From: Octopus sinensis
Taxonomy: Eukaryota
Reading direction: 5' to 3'
DNA length: 64,000 nucleotides
NCBI RefSeq assembly: GCF_006345805.1
Contig: NC_043015.1
Coordinates: 16,182,001 to 16,246,000, forward strand
This document shows, one piece after another, positions 26,720 through 40,000 of the stretch; position 1 is the first letter of the stretch, and the number at the start of each line of letters is the position of its first letter. Under the pieces are notes generated by a model. That model saw nothing but the letters and a program-made list of their open reading frames with translations. It made no database searches and had not been told where the DNA came from. The position numbers were made by a program, and so were the translations under genes.

Positions 26720-29700
26720 TGTGGTGATAGACATTAACATCCGTGTGATTAAAAGGTGGACTTGTCAAACTCTTATAAAGAGTGTGTAGGTGCTAGAGTC
26801 AGTAGTCGGAAGTTACGTCTGTGAATACATTGCTTCACCCCCCCCCCTTCATTAAAATCATATATCTACAATGAAAGAATATAAAAGTAGCAACAAGATA
26901 TTCAAAGCTTGCATTGGACAATCCAAATTTATGGTATGAAACCAAAGAAATAATCTTTAACAAGAAGGATTTATTGGCCTGCATGGTGCAGTTACAACAG
27001 CAGCAGCAGCATCTGCATCAGCACAACAGCAACACTTGCGGGAATTAATGTTGAAGAAGTCTGAAAGTACTTCAGGGTTGTTCACGCTGGACGTCATGGT
27101 AAACTTGGTTGGAGAGTTTGTTCATAATACAATAGAAGGTTATTACTTTCTCTGCATATTTTCAAAGATATGAAGAAACCTTCAAAGAAAAATGTAGCAA
27201 TTGGACTGACAAGAAAACAGTGCAACTACTTTTAACTGAACACAAAAAATATTGTAATTATCAAAACAAATCTCACCTGGTTTCATCATCATCATCAACA
27301 TCATCATCATCGTTCAAACGGACGCTAAACGATGATGATGATGATGATGAAACCAGGTGAGATTTGTTTTGATGAAACAACATTTCATCAAAAATTTTCA
27401 GTGAAAGAAGTTCCCTGTTCAATACTCATTGGCAGTGTTTAAATTTGGTAAAGAAAGATGAAGATTTTGTTACCTATGCTGGGGTTGTGAATAGAGAATG
27501 TGAAAAATTCAAATTAAATTAATTAACCCCAGGCATGTTCAAAAGTCTAATTTTTGCTCAAGGGCTAACTGCAAGCAAAGATACAAATATACATTCCTGA
27601 ATATTAACAAAATTAGAACAGGACCAAAAATTAACTCTACATTCAGTAGCAGAGGAATGCCAGAAGATTATAAATTTGAGATATGATGCTGATATGGTTG
27701 AAGAAAAAGATTGGCCTCATATTCATGCATGTCAGTCTATAATGGATAAGAAAATAGAAAAACAAATATCAAGACACAATCCATGCTATGGGTGTGGAGG
27801 CTTATATTTTCAATGTAACTGTCTTTTAAAAATCTAAAATGTTCTAAGTGTGGAAAAAGCAGACATAAAAGCTCACATTGTAGAGCAAAACACACAAAAA
27901 AGGGTTGAACAAAAAAATTCTGGTAAGAAAGTATTATCAATAAAAAATCTAAATGAGGCTCAGAAAAGAAAATTTGTGTTTGTAAAAATTAATAATGTGA
28001 ATATCAAGTTACAATAGGATATGAGCAGTGATATCATAATAATTAATGCAGATATGTAGAGTAAAATCAGAAAACCTAGGTGGAAATTGCATGTGGTGTT
28101 TCAGGAAAAAAATTGCATTTTAATTGGAAAAACCTTAAGAGCCAAAGTTTTTGAGCTGAATAATATGACAAATTTATTTGGAACAGGTTGGATGAAATTA
28201 TTTAACTTATGGAACCTCCTCATATATTATTTTGTGAAAATGTGGATCATTTTTCAGCCAGTACAAATAAGGTGTCAGAAGGAAAAAAAAAAGAATTAAA
28301 AAAGATTTTTCCTTAAGTTTTTGCAGATAAAATAGATCTTTGCACCAAAACAAAGGCAAAGTTTCACGTAAAAGAAAATTTTTTACTGATATTTCAACCA
28401 AAAAGGACTGTACCTTTTGCAGCGTTGAAACAAGTTAATTGGATGGACTTGAAAAGCTTGAGGTTATTGAAAATATTGATTGCAGTGAATGGCGTCCCCA
28501 ATAGTTTATGTCAAGAAAAAATAATAAAATCTATGTATATCCTGATTTTTCAACAGGATTAAATGAACGCTTGATGCCATATAATTACCTGTTATCAAGT
28601 CCAGAAGAAAAGTTGAATCAAAGAGAATTTTTTTTGAAGTTGGACCTATCTGAAGCATACTTGTTTGTTATAATCCTTAAAATGTTGGCTTGATATAATA
28701 CCCACTTTGGTATACAGTATTTACTTAGTAAAACTAGTAAATACATGACTATTTCTGACTGCCTACTATGTACTCTCTTGTACTGTATTCTCCTGTTTAT
28801 AGTGACTAGGTTATTCCATTCATCACATGGGAGGGGTGTACCATTATTAATAATTCCTTACGACATCCCTTTAAGTTTTTCTTAGGAAGTGTCATTTTAT
28901 TTAGCAATAATATTTTTTACCTACCCTACCTTCCTTTCTTGGGCTTTTTTCATACAGTTTAATATTTTTTGTACTTGGAATCTATTTTCAGGAACTCTAT
29001 GTTTACTCTTCCTCTCATTTGTACACCTGGGTTCAATCACTTGCATTGGTACTTGGAACGTATTGTTCAACCATTACATCAGTTCCTCCAACTTCTTTGG
29101 TTCACTTTCCACAAATCTCTTTTTCAGTTGGTTCCTGTATCTCTCTTGTATATCTTTTCCACTTTTTACCAATGCATTTGGTAATTATGCCATCTTTCCA
29201 ACTCTGCTTTCCATTCTTGTATACTCTCATATACACCTTTTCACCAACTTTAAAGAATCTTGCTATGCCTTCTCTTGCACTTTTTATTTTCTTGCCAGGT
29301 AGCAATTTATAAAAAAACTGATTTTACTTTCCTTGCAAACACCAGCTCCACTGGTGAACTACATGGATTCTGTGTCACATTTGAATTTGGTGTCACATGG
29401 TACTCTTTGGTGTCACGTGGTACTCTTTGGTGTCACATGGTACACTCTTAAAAATTGTTGTCACATCTGTGACTTCCTTATTCGATTTTCTAAGGGATTT
29501 TTGAAGGTATCAACAAAGCATTCTGCCTGTCCATTATATCTGGGGTAGTATGGCGCCATGGTTATATGTTCTACCATGAATGTTTTACAAAATTTTAAAA
29601 ATTTGCTAGACTTAAATAGTGTTCCATTGCCAGACACTATCTAGTCTGGGATGCCAAATCTTGCACACAATTGGAGTAAAAAATTTATCACAGTTGAGGA

Positions 29701-32700
29701 GGTTGGTTTTTTTACACTTGCAAATTTCAGGTCATTTCAAGAAGCTATCACCTACCATTAAGTAGTAAGAACCATTTAAAGGAGCAGCGAAATCGATGTG
29801 TAGTCTTGACCATGGAACATCTACTTTTGAATGATGTTTACTTTTTATCATAGACAATTTTTCATTTTGTTTTGGCTCACCTACAGGTATTCCACTCAGT
29901 TTTACTGCAATTTTTTGTTTCACTCCCTCGGCCGCTTTTGAACCTTTAACTGAACCAACTGTATTTCCACACAAAACACTTATGGGCATATTCCATACTT
30001 TGAAAAGTTTCATGCACTCTATACCAAATAAATTAAATGAACTTTTTAAAACGTATCTTTGCTTTTTTTGTTTGACCTCAAAATGTTACATTACATACGA
30101 ATTCACCAAAAAAATATAATCTTTTTCCTGTAACACCATGTGCTATCTTAATTTCAGCTTACTGACATCTTTCCAAGTTTTTTTTTTTTTGTTTATAATG
30201 GTGATATCACTTCCAGTGTCTAATTTCATTTTAACACCTGAATTTCTGATTTTCACATTCATGAATTTCCTCATCATTATATTACAAATTTCTTCCGATG
30301 ACATACTATTTATTCTTTTTCCTTTGTTCCAATGTTTTATCATCTTCATTCAACTGTGTGTCTTTATTTTATCCAATATTACTACAATGAAAGCACTTCA
30401 CTTTTTTAAATGAACAATTTTTCCTCAACATGGGTTTATTTCCGGATTTTTGTCATGTTTCATCACTTCATCACTATTCTGACTATTTGTTTTACTTGGA
30501 AATAATATTTACATTCAATTTTCTCTGTGTTGTGTCTTAATCTGACTATCGTTTCACATTCTTCTGACACTTGCTGTAGGGTTACATCCTGGTTTTGTTC
30601 CAGCTTTTTAAAAATTCTAGTTCTAACTTCTGCATCCTTTTCGGCAGTTAGTCCCTGTGTAAAAAGTAGGCATTTGAACAAATCTAGTGTTAATTTGTCT
30701 ACCTTGCATTCCCTGTTTACTCTACCAGCATATGTAATGTAGTCCTCATCATTGTCTTTCTCTACGTTCAAACACTTCCAACGTGTGTTGAACGATGAGC
30801 TTTTTTCACTCAAAATTTTACACAATATATCTACTGTGTCATTAAAGTTTATGTCCAAACATTTTCTTGGGAGTATATAATTACTGTATTGTTCATGTCC
30901 TGTTACCACCAGTTTTCTCAAGATTAAGCATGATTTCATCTCATCATCCCAATCTTTACATTCTTTCTTGAAGATTTGCTCATATTTTCTGTGATATGCT
31001 TCATCTGGGTCATATTTGAACTCTGGAGTTTGTGACATAGTTTGGTGAGAAAACCTTTTCCGAATTTCCTGACAACTTCATTAATTGCAGCATTTGTTGC
31101 TGTAATAGTAATTGTTGCTGTTGGTGCTGCTGTTTTTGCAACTTGAACAAACCAGCTCACAGATTTTCCATAATTTTCACATTTATTTTCTTCATAAAAT
31201 TCACACAACATAACTTTGTGAGTTTATTAACTCCTCTTCAAGTTTCTTAATTCCTTGCGAGTTGTTAAAATCCTTGTTGCCACTGTTCTACCCTTATTTT
31301 GTTGGATTGATTTAACACCCATTTCAGTATACAGTATACTTAGTAAAACCAGTAAAGACATGACTATTTCTGACTGCCTACTATGTACTCTCTCATACTC
31401 TCCTATTTATAGTGACTATGTTATTCCATTCAACATGCAGGAGGGATGTACCATTATTACTAATTCCTTACAACACTGTTGGTACAAGTTGATGAGAAAT
31501 ATTCAAAATTATTATCAATAATTATCCATAAAGGATTGTATAAATTTAATCAACTTCCTTTTGGTACAAGGGTAGCACCAGGTATTTTCCAACAAGTTAT
31601 TGACACTATGCTTGCAAGTTTCGATTTTACAATAGCTTACCTTGACAACATACTCATAAAAAGTGAATCTCATGGTCAGAATGCTGAGCATGTTAAAAAG
31701 ATCTTCGAAAAAATAAAAGATTATGGTTTAGCTCAGCAAGGAAAAATGTGAATTTTGTATACCATGAATAAAATATCTAGGGCAGATTATCGATGACCAG
31801 ACCCATCAAGGGTGAGTGCAATAAAAAATATGCTTTCCCCAACAAACATTACAATACAAGCATTTTGAGGGCTTGCAAATTACTGCCAAGCATACATACC
31901 AAATATGCATGATTTTAGAGCACCTTTGAATAACTTGTTAAAAAATGACGTTAAGTGGAACTGGTCAGACAAGTGCCAAAAAGCTTTTTCAGAAAATAAA
32001 AACATCTTAATGTTAGAATTGTTATCAAATTTGACTCAAATTTAGAGAGGGTAGTGGTATCAGATGCTAGTGAAAGTGGTACTGGAGCTGTGATTTTACC
32101 CAAATATGAAGATGGTAGTGTAAAAGATGTAGCTCATGCTTTATGTTCCTTATTGCTGGTTGAGAAAAGGTACAATGAAATAGAGAAGGAAGTAGTAGCC
32201 ATCATATTTGTGGTAAAGAAATTCCATAACTTTATACATAAAAGAAGATACCATTTGCATACAGACCACCACCCATTATTGTTGATCTATAGATCAAAAA
32301 AAGGTATTCCTACACATAGAGCCAACAGATTGCAGCACTAGGAAACAATCCAACTGAATTATGACTTCAAGATGGAATATTTGCCATCTAAAAAATTAGG
32401 ACAGAGAGATGGCTTCTCAAAGTTAATACCAAAAACAGTGAACAACAAAAAAAAAACAGTGATAGCGGTGATAAGAGCTGAAAATAAAATAAAAAGTATA
32501 TTATACAACATTGAGCATTAATTGCCTGCTACATTGGAGGAAATAAAAATTAAGGCAGAGACTGATGAGTTTATCATGAAAATGAAAACAATAGAAGAAG
32601 AAACAAATAAAAAAATACATAACACAGTTTTGAACTTGTATTCGATATGTGATAGTGTGCCTTTATGTATGCACAGAAGGTCTCACAACAAAATTGAATG

Positions 32701-33913
32701 TTAAAGGAATTCCAAACCGGGCATCCTAGGATGAGGTCGCTTATGAGGAGTTGTGTTTACTGGCCAAAAATGGATCTAGATATTGAAAAGTTGATAAAAT
32801 CTGGTAGAGATTATGTTCTTGCAGCAAAATCACCACCTACAAAATTTCAACCTTGGCCCAAGACCGATATTCCATGGAACAGGATGCAAATGACTTCACA
32901 GGACCATTAAACAAATCATATTATCTAATAGTAGTAGATAGCTTTACAAAATTTCCAGAAATGTGTAAATGTAGAAAACTGACCTCCATGGTAACAGAGG
33001 ATTTTCTATATGAACTTTTAGCAAGTTATAATGTTCAGGACATCATAGTCTTTGATAACAGTACACAGTTTACTGCAAGTGAATTTAAGAAATTTTGCAA
33101 GATGTTCTCAATTGAACATATCACTACTCCTCCATATCACTCGAGATCAAACAGACAAGCTGAAAATTTTGTGGACATGTTCAAAAGGGCACTAGTGAAA
33201 TCCAGAAATGAGATAGTGGATAATATAGCATTGCAACAATTCCTGAGAATTTACACTATAATGCCAAACTCAAATACCCATTCAGACATGCTGCCTGCTG
33301 AACTGATGTTTGTAAGAGAATTAGGTCAGTTTTTGACAAATATTACCTAGAAAAAAAAAAACTGGGGAAAACACCAAAATGCAATCAAGTATTTAAAAAC
33401 TGGTGATGAGGTGTTTTAAGAGTGTACTGAAATAGAAAAGAAGGTTGGGAAGATGATGAAATAATAAAACACGTTAAAATAATGTACATGGTGAAAGGTT
33501 CAAAATGGGAACATAGAAGACATGGATCAGCTGAAAGCGTTTGCTGAAGAAAGGATTACAAGGAAAGATGTATCCATGGAAGTTCTCTACGATGACATGC
33601 TGACTCCACAAGAAATCGTTGAACCAAGGTGTACAGTACAAGAAAAAGAAAACGAGTTAGTAGTAGTTCCAAAACAAAAAAAAAAAATTAAGCTTCTGAG
33701 GAAAGTCAATCTCAAGAGGAGAGATGTGGTGATAGCTATTAACACCCGTGAGTAATTTAAAGGTGGACTTGTCAAACTCTTTTAAAGAGTAACACGTCTC
33801 ATTAAGACAGTAAGAAGATATTGGAGTCTTGTGTGCTGATAGCTGGAAGTTACGTTTGTGAATACATTGCTAAACTCCACTTCATTAAAATCTTATGTGC
33901 CTTATCTGACACA
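26720..33913 (+). mobile_element. Ty3/Gypsy LTR retrotransposon (K02A2.6-like), complete layout but degenerate
   Basis: LTRs at ~26720-26870 and 33725-33913 share tgtggtgatag..taaaggtggacttgtcaaactc. PPT gaggagaga precedes the 3' LTR. Domains: gag KYCNY/FAQGL, protease, RT LKLDLSEAYL..LPFG..IAYLDNI, RNase H SDASE..IEKE, integrase PFH..IVFDN. Confidence 0.85.
28666..31475 (-). mobile_element. Nested, internally deleted Gypsy element (gag-PR-IN, no RT/RNase H) inserted into the host RT
   Basis: LTRs at 28666-28865 and 31263-31475 (TG..CA), PPT next to 28866, TSD ttgtt (28661-28665) / ctgtt (31476-31480). Removing it restores the host frame EAYLLVQVDEKY. Confidence 0.9.
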
Positions 33914-33929
33914 ATATCAATACTGAAAG

Positions 33930-34130
33930 AAAGAGGAGTAAGCAACTCCCAGATAAACCAAAGCATTATTACTAAAGCCAACAAATATAGGGGCTGGAGC
34001 ACCATATGTGAGCTTTGCATTACTGAAAAGCTAGGCATCATCCAATCAAAAGCTAATATATTAAATATTATGGATGAAACATTCTCTCCCAGCATGCATA
34101 AGCAATATCTTACATTCTGATATTTCTAAG
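33930..34130 (+). mobile_element. Penelope-like GIY-YIG C-terminal fragment
   Basis: KANKY...CELCITEKLGII...LN matches the CxLCxxEK motif of Penelope endonucleases. Confidence 0.6.
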
Positions 34131-34204
34131 GGAACCTCCCCACTTCAAACCTGGATAGGTTTTCTTCTCTGAACATGAACATTAATTATATACATCATCA
34201 TTTT

Positions 34205-34227
34205 TATATATATAGAGATAGATATAG

Positions 34228-34281
<54 letters not shown>

Positions 34282-34576
34282 GTAGGTAGGTAGGTAAGTA
34301 GGTAGGTAGGTAGGTAGGTAGGTAGGTAGGTAGGTATGTATGTATGTATGTATGTATGTATGTATTATGTGTGTCTGTGTTTGTCCCCCAACATCGCTTG
34401 ACAACTGATGGTGGTGTGTTTACGTCCTTGTAACTTAATGGTTCGGCAAAAGAGACCGATAGAATAAGTACTAGGCTTACAAAGAACATGTCCTGGGGTC
34501 AATTTCTTCGACTAAAGGCAGTGCTCCAGCATGGCCACAGTCAAATGACAGAAACAAGTAAAAGAGTAAAAGAGGT
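34205..34576 (+). repeat. Graded compound microsatellite (GATA)n-(GGTA)n-(TGTA)n followed by the 3' half of SINE family A
   Basis: Seen directly; the 3' half matches 4125-4324. Confidence 0.85.
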
Positions 34577-34739
34577 ATGTGTACATATGTGCATTTTATG
34601 TGTGTATATACATATACATATATATGTATATATGTGTGTGTATCAGCCATGACTACGATCTCACTTGGCTTGACAGGTCTTCTCAAGCCTTTGGGTCCTG
34701 AGAAAACCTGTCAAGCCAAGTGAGATTGTAGTTATGGCC

Positions 34740-34937
34740 AATGCTCATGTTTCATAACTGGCACATAAAAAGCGCCCACTACACTCTTGGAGTGGTTGAT
34801 GTTAGGAAGGGAATCCAGACGTAGAAACCATGCCAAATCAGATTGAAACCTGGTGTAGCTCCTCAGCTTACCAGTTTTCAGTCAAACCATCCAAACCATG
34901 CCAGCATGGAAAATGGACATTAAATGATGATGATGAT
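34740..34937 (+). mobile_element. RTE-type 3' tail
   Basis: ggcacataaaagc..ggaagggaatccag.cgtagaaacc..catgccagcatggaaaatggacattaaatgatgatgat. Confidence 0.7.
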
Positions 34938-34959
34938 ATACATATATACATACATAGTA

Positions 34960-36250
34960 TTAATAATGATAAGGAAAACAGAGATTTTTAATTTTAATAT
35001 CCATAATGTTATTTAACAGTTATTTATATCACCTTTACAGGACCAACATGTGTTTCAACTGCAGTCACTACACACTGTTGGATATGCAAATATATATCGT
35101 GGTTGGTGCAGTTTCATCAGGGTCCTTAGCCTCCACTATTTTGAAGGAAAACTGAAGGAGTCAACAAACAGAATGAATAAAGTGTTTTGTAGGGGGTATG
35201 GGTGCCATTATGAATAGTGTTAGGAATCTTGACCAAGAGGTCTCTTCGACTTAATGTGGTAAGTGAATCAAAGCATAGTCCTAAAAATAGGTCACGGTTC
35301 AATTGAATGTTTATGTAGATGTATCAATAATATTAGAAGTTTACCATTCCATTCATTTCAAAGAGAATATTCTTAGAATAGAGGTATTCTATCGTGCTTA
35401 ATTTATTTTTTGGTTCTTGGTTTCTCAATTGTTATTCTAATAACTTTTAATGTTAAATAAGTGTAATATGTTTATTTAAATTTTTAAATGTAAATTTTCT
35501 TGTATGAAGTCATCCTCAAGTACAATCTTGCCTTGTGTTTATTAGGTTAAATTTAGTAGTTAAAATTTGGTACATTTTCTCTATGCAAAAGGTCACATCT
35601 TTTACTCCCTATACTATAAGTTTAGCCTTACTAATAATATTCCACCATATTGAATATATTTTGTTACTATCTTTCAATAACCAAATTAACTTACTAAGGC
35701 TAGTATTATTTTTTTGTCTCTATAACTGAAATAATTTTAATAGTTAGCTATTCTTTGTTTAATAAAACATGAACTAGCACCTACACAGAAATAATTTTTG
35801 TCTCCTGAGGTAACTTTGCACATGTAAACCACATTTTTGGTCTTATATTCAAAATTTAAAGGACATCATCTATTCCTTGTGTAATCACAATATTGCACAA
35901 TCCTTGAGCAACATTAGTTCTAATTTTATTATTAGTTTCTATGTTGATTTCATTAGGGGTAATCTAACTTATTTTGTCTATTTTCTAGGTTATTTCTTCT
36001 TTTCCTGTTGATGACATTATGAATACTGTACTTTCTAGCTTTCTTGTCTTCCCTTCCTAGTCTCATGTTTGAGTTAGTTATGGTTGCTTCCCTTTCATTA
36101 GTGTTTCTGCAACAGCCATTTCTCCCACCAATATAATTAACTTGGTTAATTATATTAACATTGTTACTATTTATTGTTACTCCACTATATTCTGGTTACT
36201 ACCATCAGAAAGATTTTGAAAATCAGAGATCACCATTATAATCCCCACTT
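34960..36250 (-). mobile_element. Degenerate Penelope-like element region carrying the hammerhead
   Basis: Hammerhead in a pLTR-like context with AT-rich decayed coding-like sequence upstream; boundaries are uncertain. Confidence 0.4.
35040..35125 (-). ncRNA. Type I hammerhead ribozyme motif with intact core
   Basis: GGACC-CTGATGA-AACTGCA...TGCAGTT-GAAAC-ACAT-GTT-GGTCC: stem I 5 bp perfect, stem II 7 bp perfect, short near-palindromic stem III, triplet GUU. Confidence 0.8.
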
Positions 36251-37009
36251 CCTTTATTGTCAAACAGAAAATGAAATGTAATTTAAAGAGAATACTGAAA
36301 TGTTCATTAATATTTTCATTAACCCCCAAAATCCTAAAATTTCAGCTCTTTTTAAAATTATTTTAAACCATAGTTTCACAATATGGACAGACTGAATTTG
36401 CAACTTGTTAATGATTTCAAAATAACTTTCAGAGGAAAATGCCTGTGATTTAAGAGATATTTAGCTGCTGTCTCTAAAACATCCCACGACTAGCTAGTAT
36501 CTTTCTCGTTTCTTTGTCACTCTGGCATGTATTGATGTTTTTCAAGATTTTTCTGCCTATAAAAACATTTTCTGGAATGATGATGTGGTGGGCCATTGCT
36601 GGGATTTAAGCAACTACAAGAAAATTTTGTAATTTAAATTTTTAACTCCCACCCCCAAATCTAGTGAATCTGTGCATGTGCATGTGTAAGAAAAAACATA
36701 TCTACTAACAGAAAAGTATGCTATTAAAATAAATCACCTTTAACATATTTTTAATTCACTGTTACCCTAATGAAATATCCTTACATACATGTATGCATAC
36801 ACCCCCCACACACACTTCGTATGCATAGCATACTTTTACTGAGGGTGAGAAAGTTTACCGTGAGAAAATGAAAGAAATAAACAATAAAGAGAGGGAGATC
36901 GCCATTACTGTCAGAGATTTTGAAATTTTAAGATCAAGTGAAAATTTTCAAATTTGGTATATTGATGTATTCTTTCACACTGACTCCAAGTCTGTGTATG
37001 TGTGTGTGT

Positions 37010-40000
37010 GCGCTATGATGTGGGTATACAAATCTGGTGTAAAATGGTATTACACAAATAAATAGTTGGTTGTGGTTATCTAAAAATAACCTGTCACAGA
37101 AATATAAGTTAACATAGGACACACTCCATACTGCTTGAAGGGAGGTACAATACTCAGTATTCACTGTTCAACTACTGACAGTGAAACCAACACATGTCAA
37201 ACTAACATGGTTGAACTAACACTGTCAATTATTCCTGCTGATAGTTCACTCAGTTCTTATTTATTGTAATCAATTAGTTAACCTTCAGTCACAAGGGTGT
37301 TCAGGTTTCTCCCACAACATCTCCCTTTCTTGAGAATTTGGCTCTACCTGGAGCTTAATATCTTTTACATTTAGGGTATATTTCAAGTACTTCAGTTCGT
37401 TTTCTTTTTCTCATACTTGAATGTGTAGTTTCCACAGTTTGTTTAGGTGTTAGTACATCAAATATATCATAAAAGACTTCCATTGGAATTTCATTCCTTG
37501 TGACCATTTCCTCAGTAAACCATTTTTTTTTTAGTTGATTTATGTCTCTTATGTTCATAGTTGTAACCTTTTACCAAAAATAACACTTTCCCAATCTGTT
37601 TAGTAATAACTGTCTTCCCACAGTTCTTTACCATTTTTATACATTTTAAAGAAAACTTTGTCACCAATTTTGAAAAATTTTGTATGATAATTATCTGATA
37701 GTTTTCTTTTTTACCTGGTAACAACTTGTTGAACACTGATCTTATCTTCTGAGCAAACATTAATTCTGCAGATGACATTCCAGACAGGGTATTGGGATTT
37801 GCATCATTCAATATGCTCTCAAAAAAAAGTGCTAGGTCATCCATTATTTTGTTGTTCGCATTCTTTAACACCCTCTTAAATATATTGACAAAATGCTCTG
37901 CTTGTCCATTTCACCTAGGATGATATGGCAGAGTGGTCACATGTTTGATAGAGAATATTTTACAGAATTTTTTGAACCCATCTGCAGTAAACTGAGTTCC
38001 ATTGTCAAACACAATGGTATCAGGAATACCATATCTGACAAACAATTCATGTAAAAAAAACTTACTGTAACTGTTGATTTTGGATTTTTACATTTATGTA
38101 CTTCAGGCTACTTAGAAAAACTGTCAACCACAACAAGGTAATGTGAACTGTTAAGTGGACCTGCAAAATCAACATACAGTCTGGACCATGGGATATCTGT
38201 TTTTGGCCAAGGTTGCCATTTTGTATGCTTTCACTAGTTTTTCAATCTCTCAGTCCATTCTTGGCCAATAAACATAGCTTCTCATCAACGATTTCATTCT
38301 TGAAATCCTCAGGTGACCATATTTTTATTTCTTTTTTCAGATTCAGAATTCCTTTCATTTTTATAATAAATTCATCATTTTCTGCTTTTAGTTTGATTTC
38401 TTCTAATGTAACTGGTAATTCTCATACAACTTTACATAAAGATCTTTTTCTGCTCACAATGCTGCAATACCAATATCCACAAATGGTTCAGTATTTTTTC
38501 TATCAATCTTGATAAACAAGCAGTGTATCCTAATTTCTTAGGTGGTATAATCTACATCTTAAAATCGTAATTTGGTAATAAAGTACCCCAGCATTGCAAC
38601 CTACTAGTAGTATGGGTAAGGATTCCTTTATTTGACCCATATATAGATAACAACAGATGATGGTCATTCTATTGTGGAAAACATCTACTGTGTAAGGATC
38701 TATGAAATTTTTTTACAGTGAAAATAACCACTTGAGCCTCGTTTTCAATTTGGCTGTAATTTTTCTCTCTTGGTAGAAAAGAATGCAAAGCATGGGCCAC
38801 ATCCTTCATATTACCATCCTCGTATTTATGTAGAATTACTGCTCACTGGCATCTGAAGCTAATACAAATCTGATGTTAATATCTTTTTTTAATTTTGTCA
38901 AACACCTTCTGACAATTTTCGGATCAATTCCACTTTATATCTTTTTTTAGTAAATTATTTAATAGAGCTCTTTACTTTGTGCATATTTGGTATATAAATC
39001 TGATAATAGTTTGCAAGTTCCAAAAAAGCTTATATGGTAGATATATTTGTCAGAGGGGGCATATTTTTTATCACATCTGCCCTTGACAAAACTGATTGAC
39101 AACCATTCTTATCAATAATTTGGGATCTTTTCCTTTTGAACGGCAGATGTCGACACAATTTCTAGTTAACTAAACACTTTTAAACTTCGTATACTGGTAG
39201 AATGTGTTTATAAAACATCATTTTTTCTTGGTTTTATTGAGAAAATTCTATAGTTTGTAACATATTTCCACTATAAAATCGAGAATTTTGGCAATTTTAA
39301 CCAATCAAATACGTCCATTTGTAGTCAAAACATACCGTGCTGTATGAATATGCCCTTCGTTTAAGAAACAGATTGGGTTTATTTACATTTGCGAAGAAAA
39401 AAAGATACCCTTCCCCAACCCTAACCCTAACCCTAATCCTAACCCCACCCCTAACCCTAACCCTAACCCTAATCCTAAAATAGATTGAAATGCAATAGAT
39501 CGATACCAGGGCCATAATTATGGGTGACAATTTCATACGACACCGCTACGGAAAATGGGATTTTTTTCTAGCGGTGTTAAATGAAAATGTCACCCATAAT
39601 TATGGCCCTGGTATCGATCTATTGCATTTCAATCTATTTTAGGATTAAGGTTAGGGGTGGGGGAAGGGTATCTTTTTTTCTTCGCAAATGTAAATAAACC
39701 CAATCTGTTTCTTAAACGAGGGGCATATTCATACAGCACGGAATCTTTTCACCCCAAATGGAGGTGAGCGATTGGTTAAAATTGCCAAAATGCTCGATTT
39801 TAAAGTGGGAATATGTTATAACATATAGAATTTTCTCAATAAAGCCAAGAAAAAAATGATCTTTTATAAACACATTCTACCAGTATACGAAGTTTAAAAG
39901 TGTTTAGCAAACTAGAAATTGTGTTGACATCTGCCATTCAAAAAGAAAAGATCCATAATTTGTCCCTAGTACTTAATTTTAGGCAAGAAAAATTCACATT

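Noticed and set aside
39416-39477. Telomere or chromosome-fusion scar
   Set aside because: A short tract embedded in a TSD-flanked foldback transposon.
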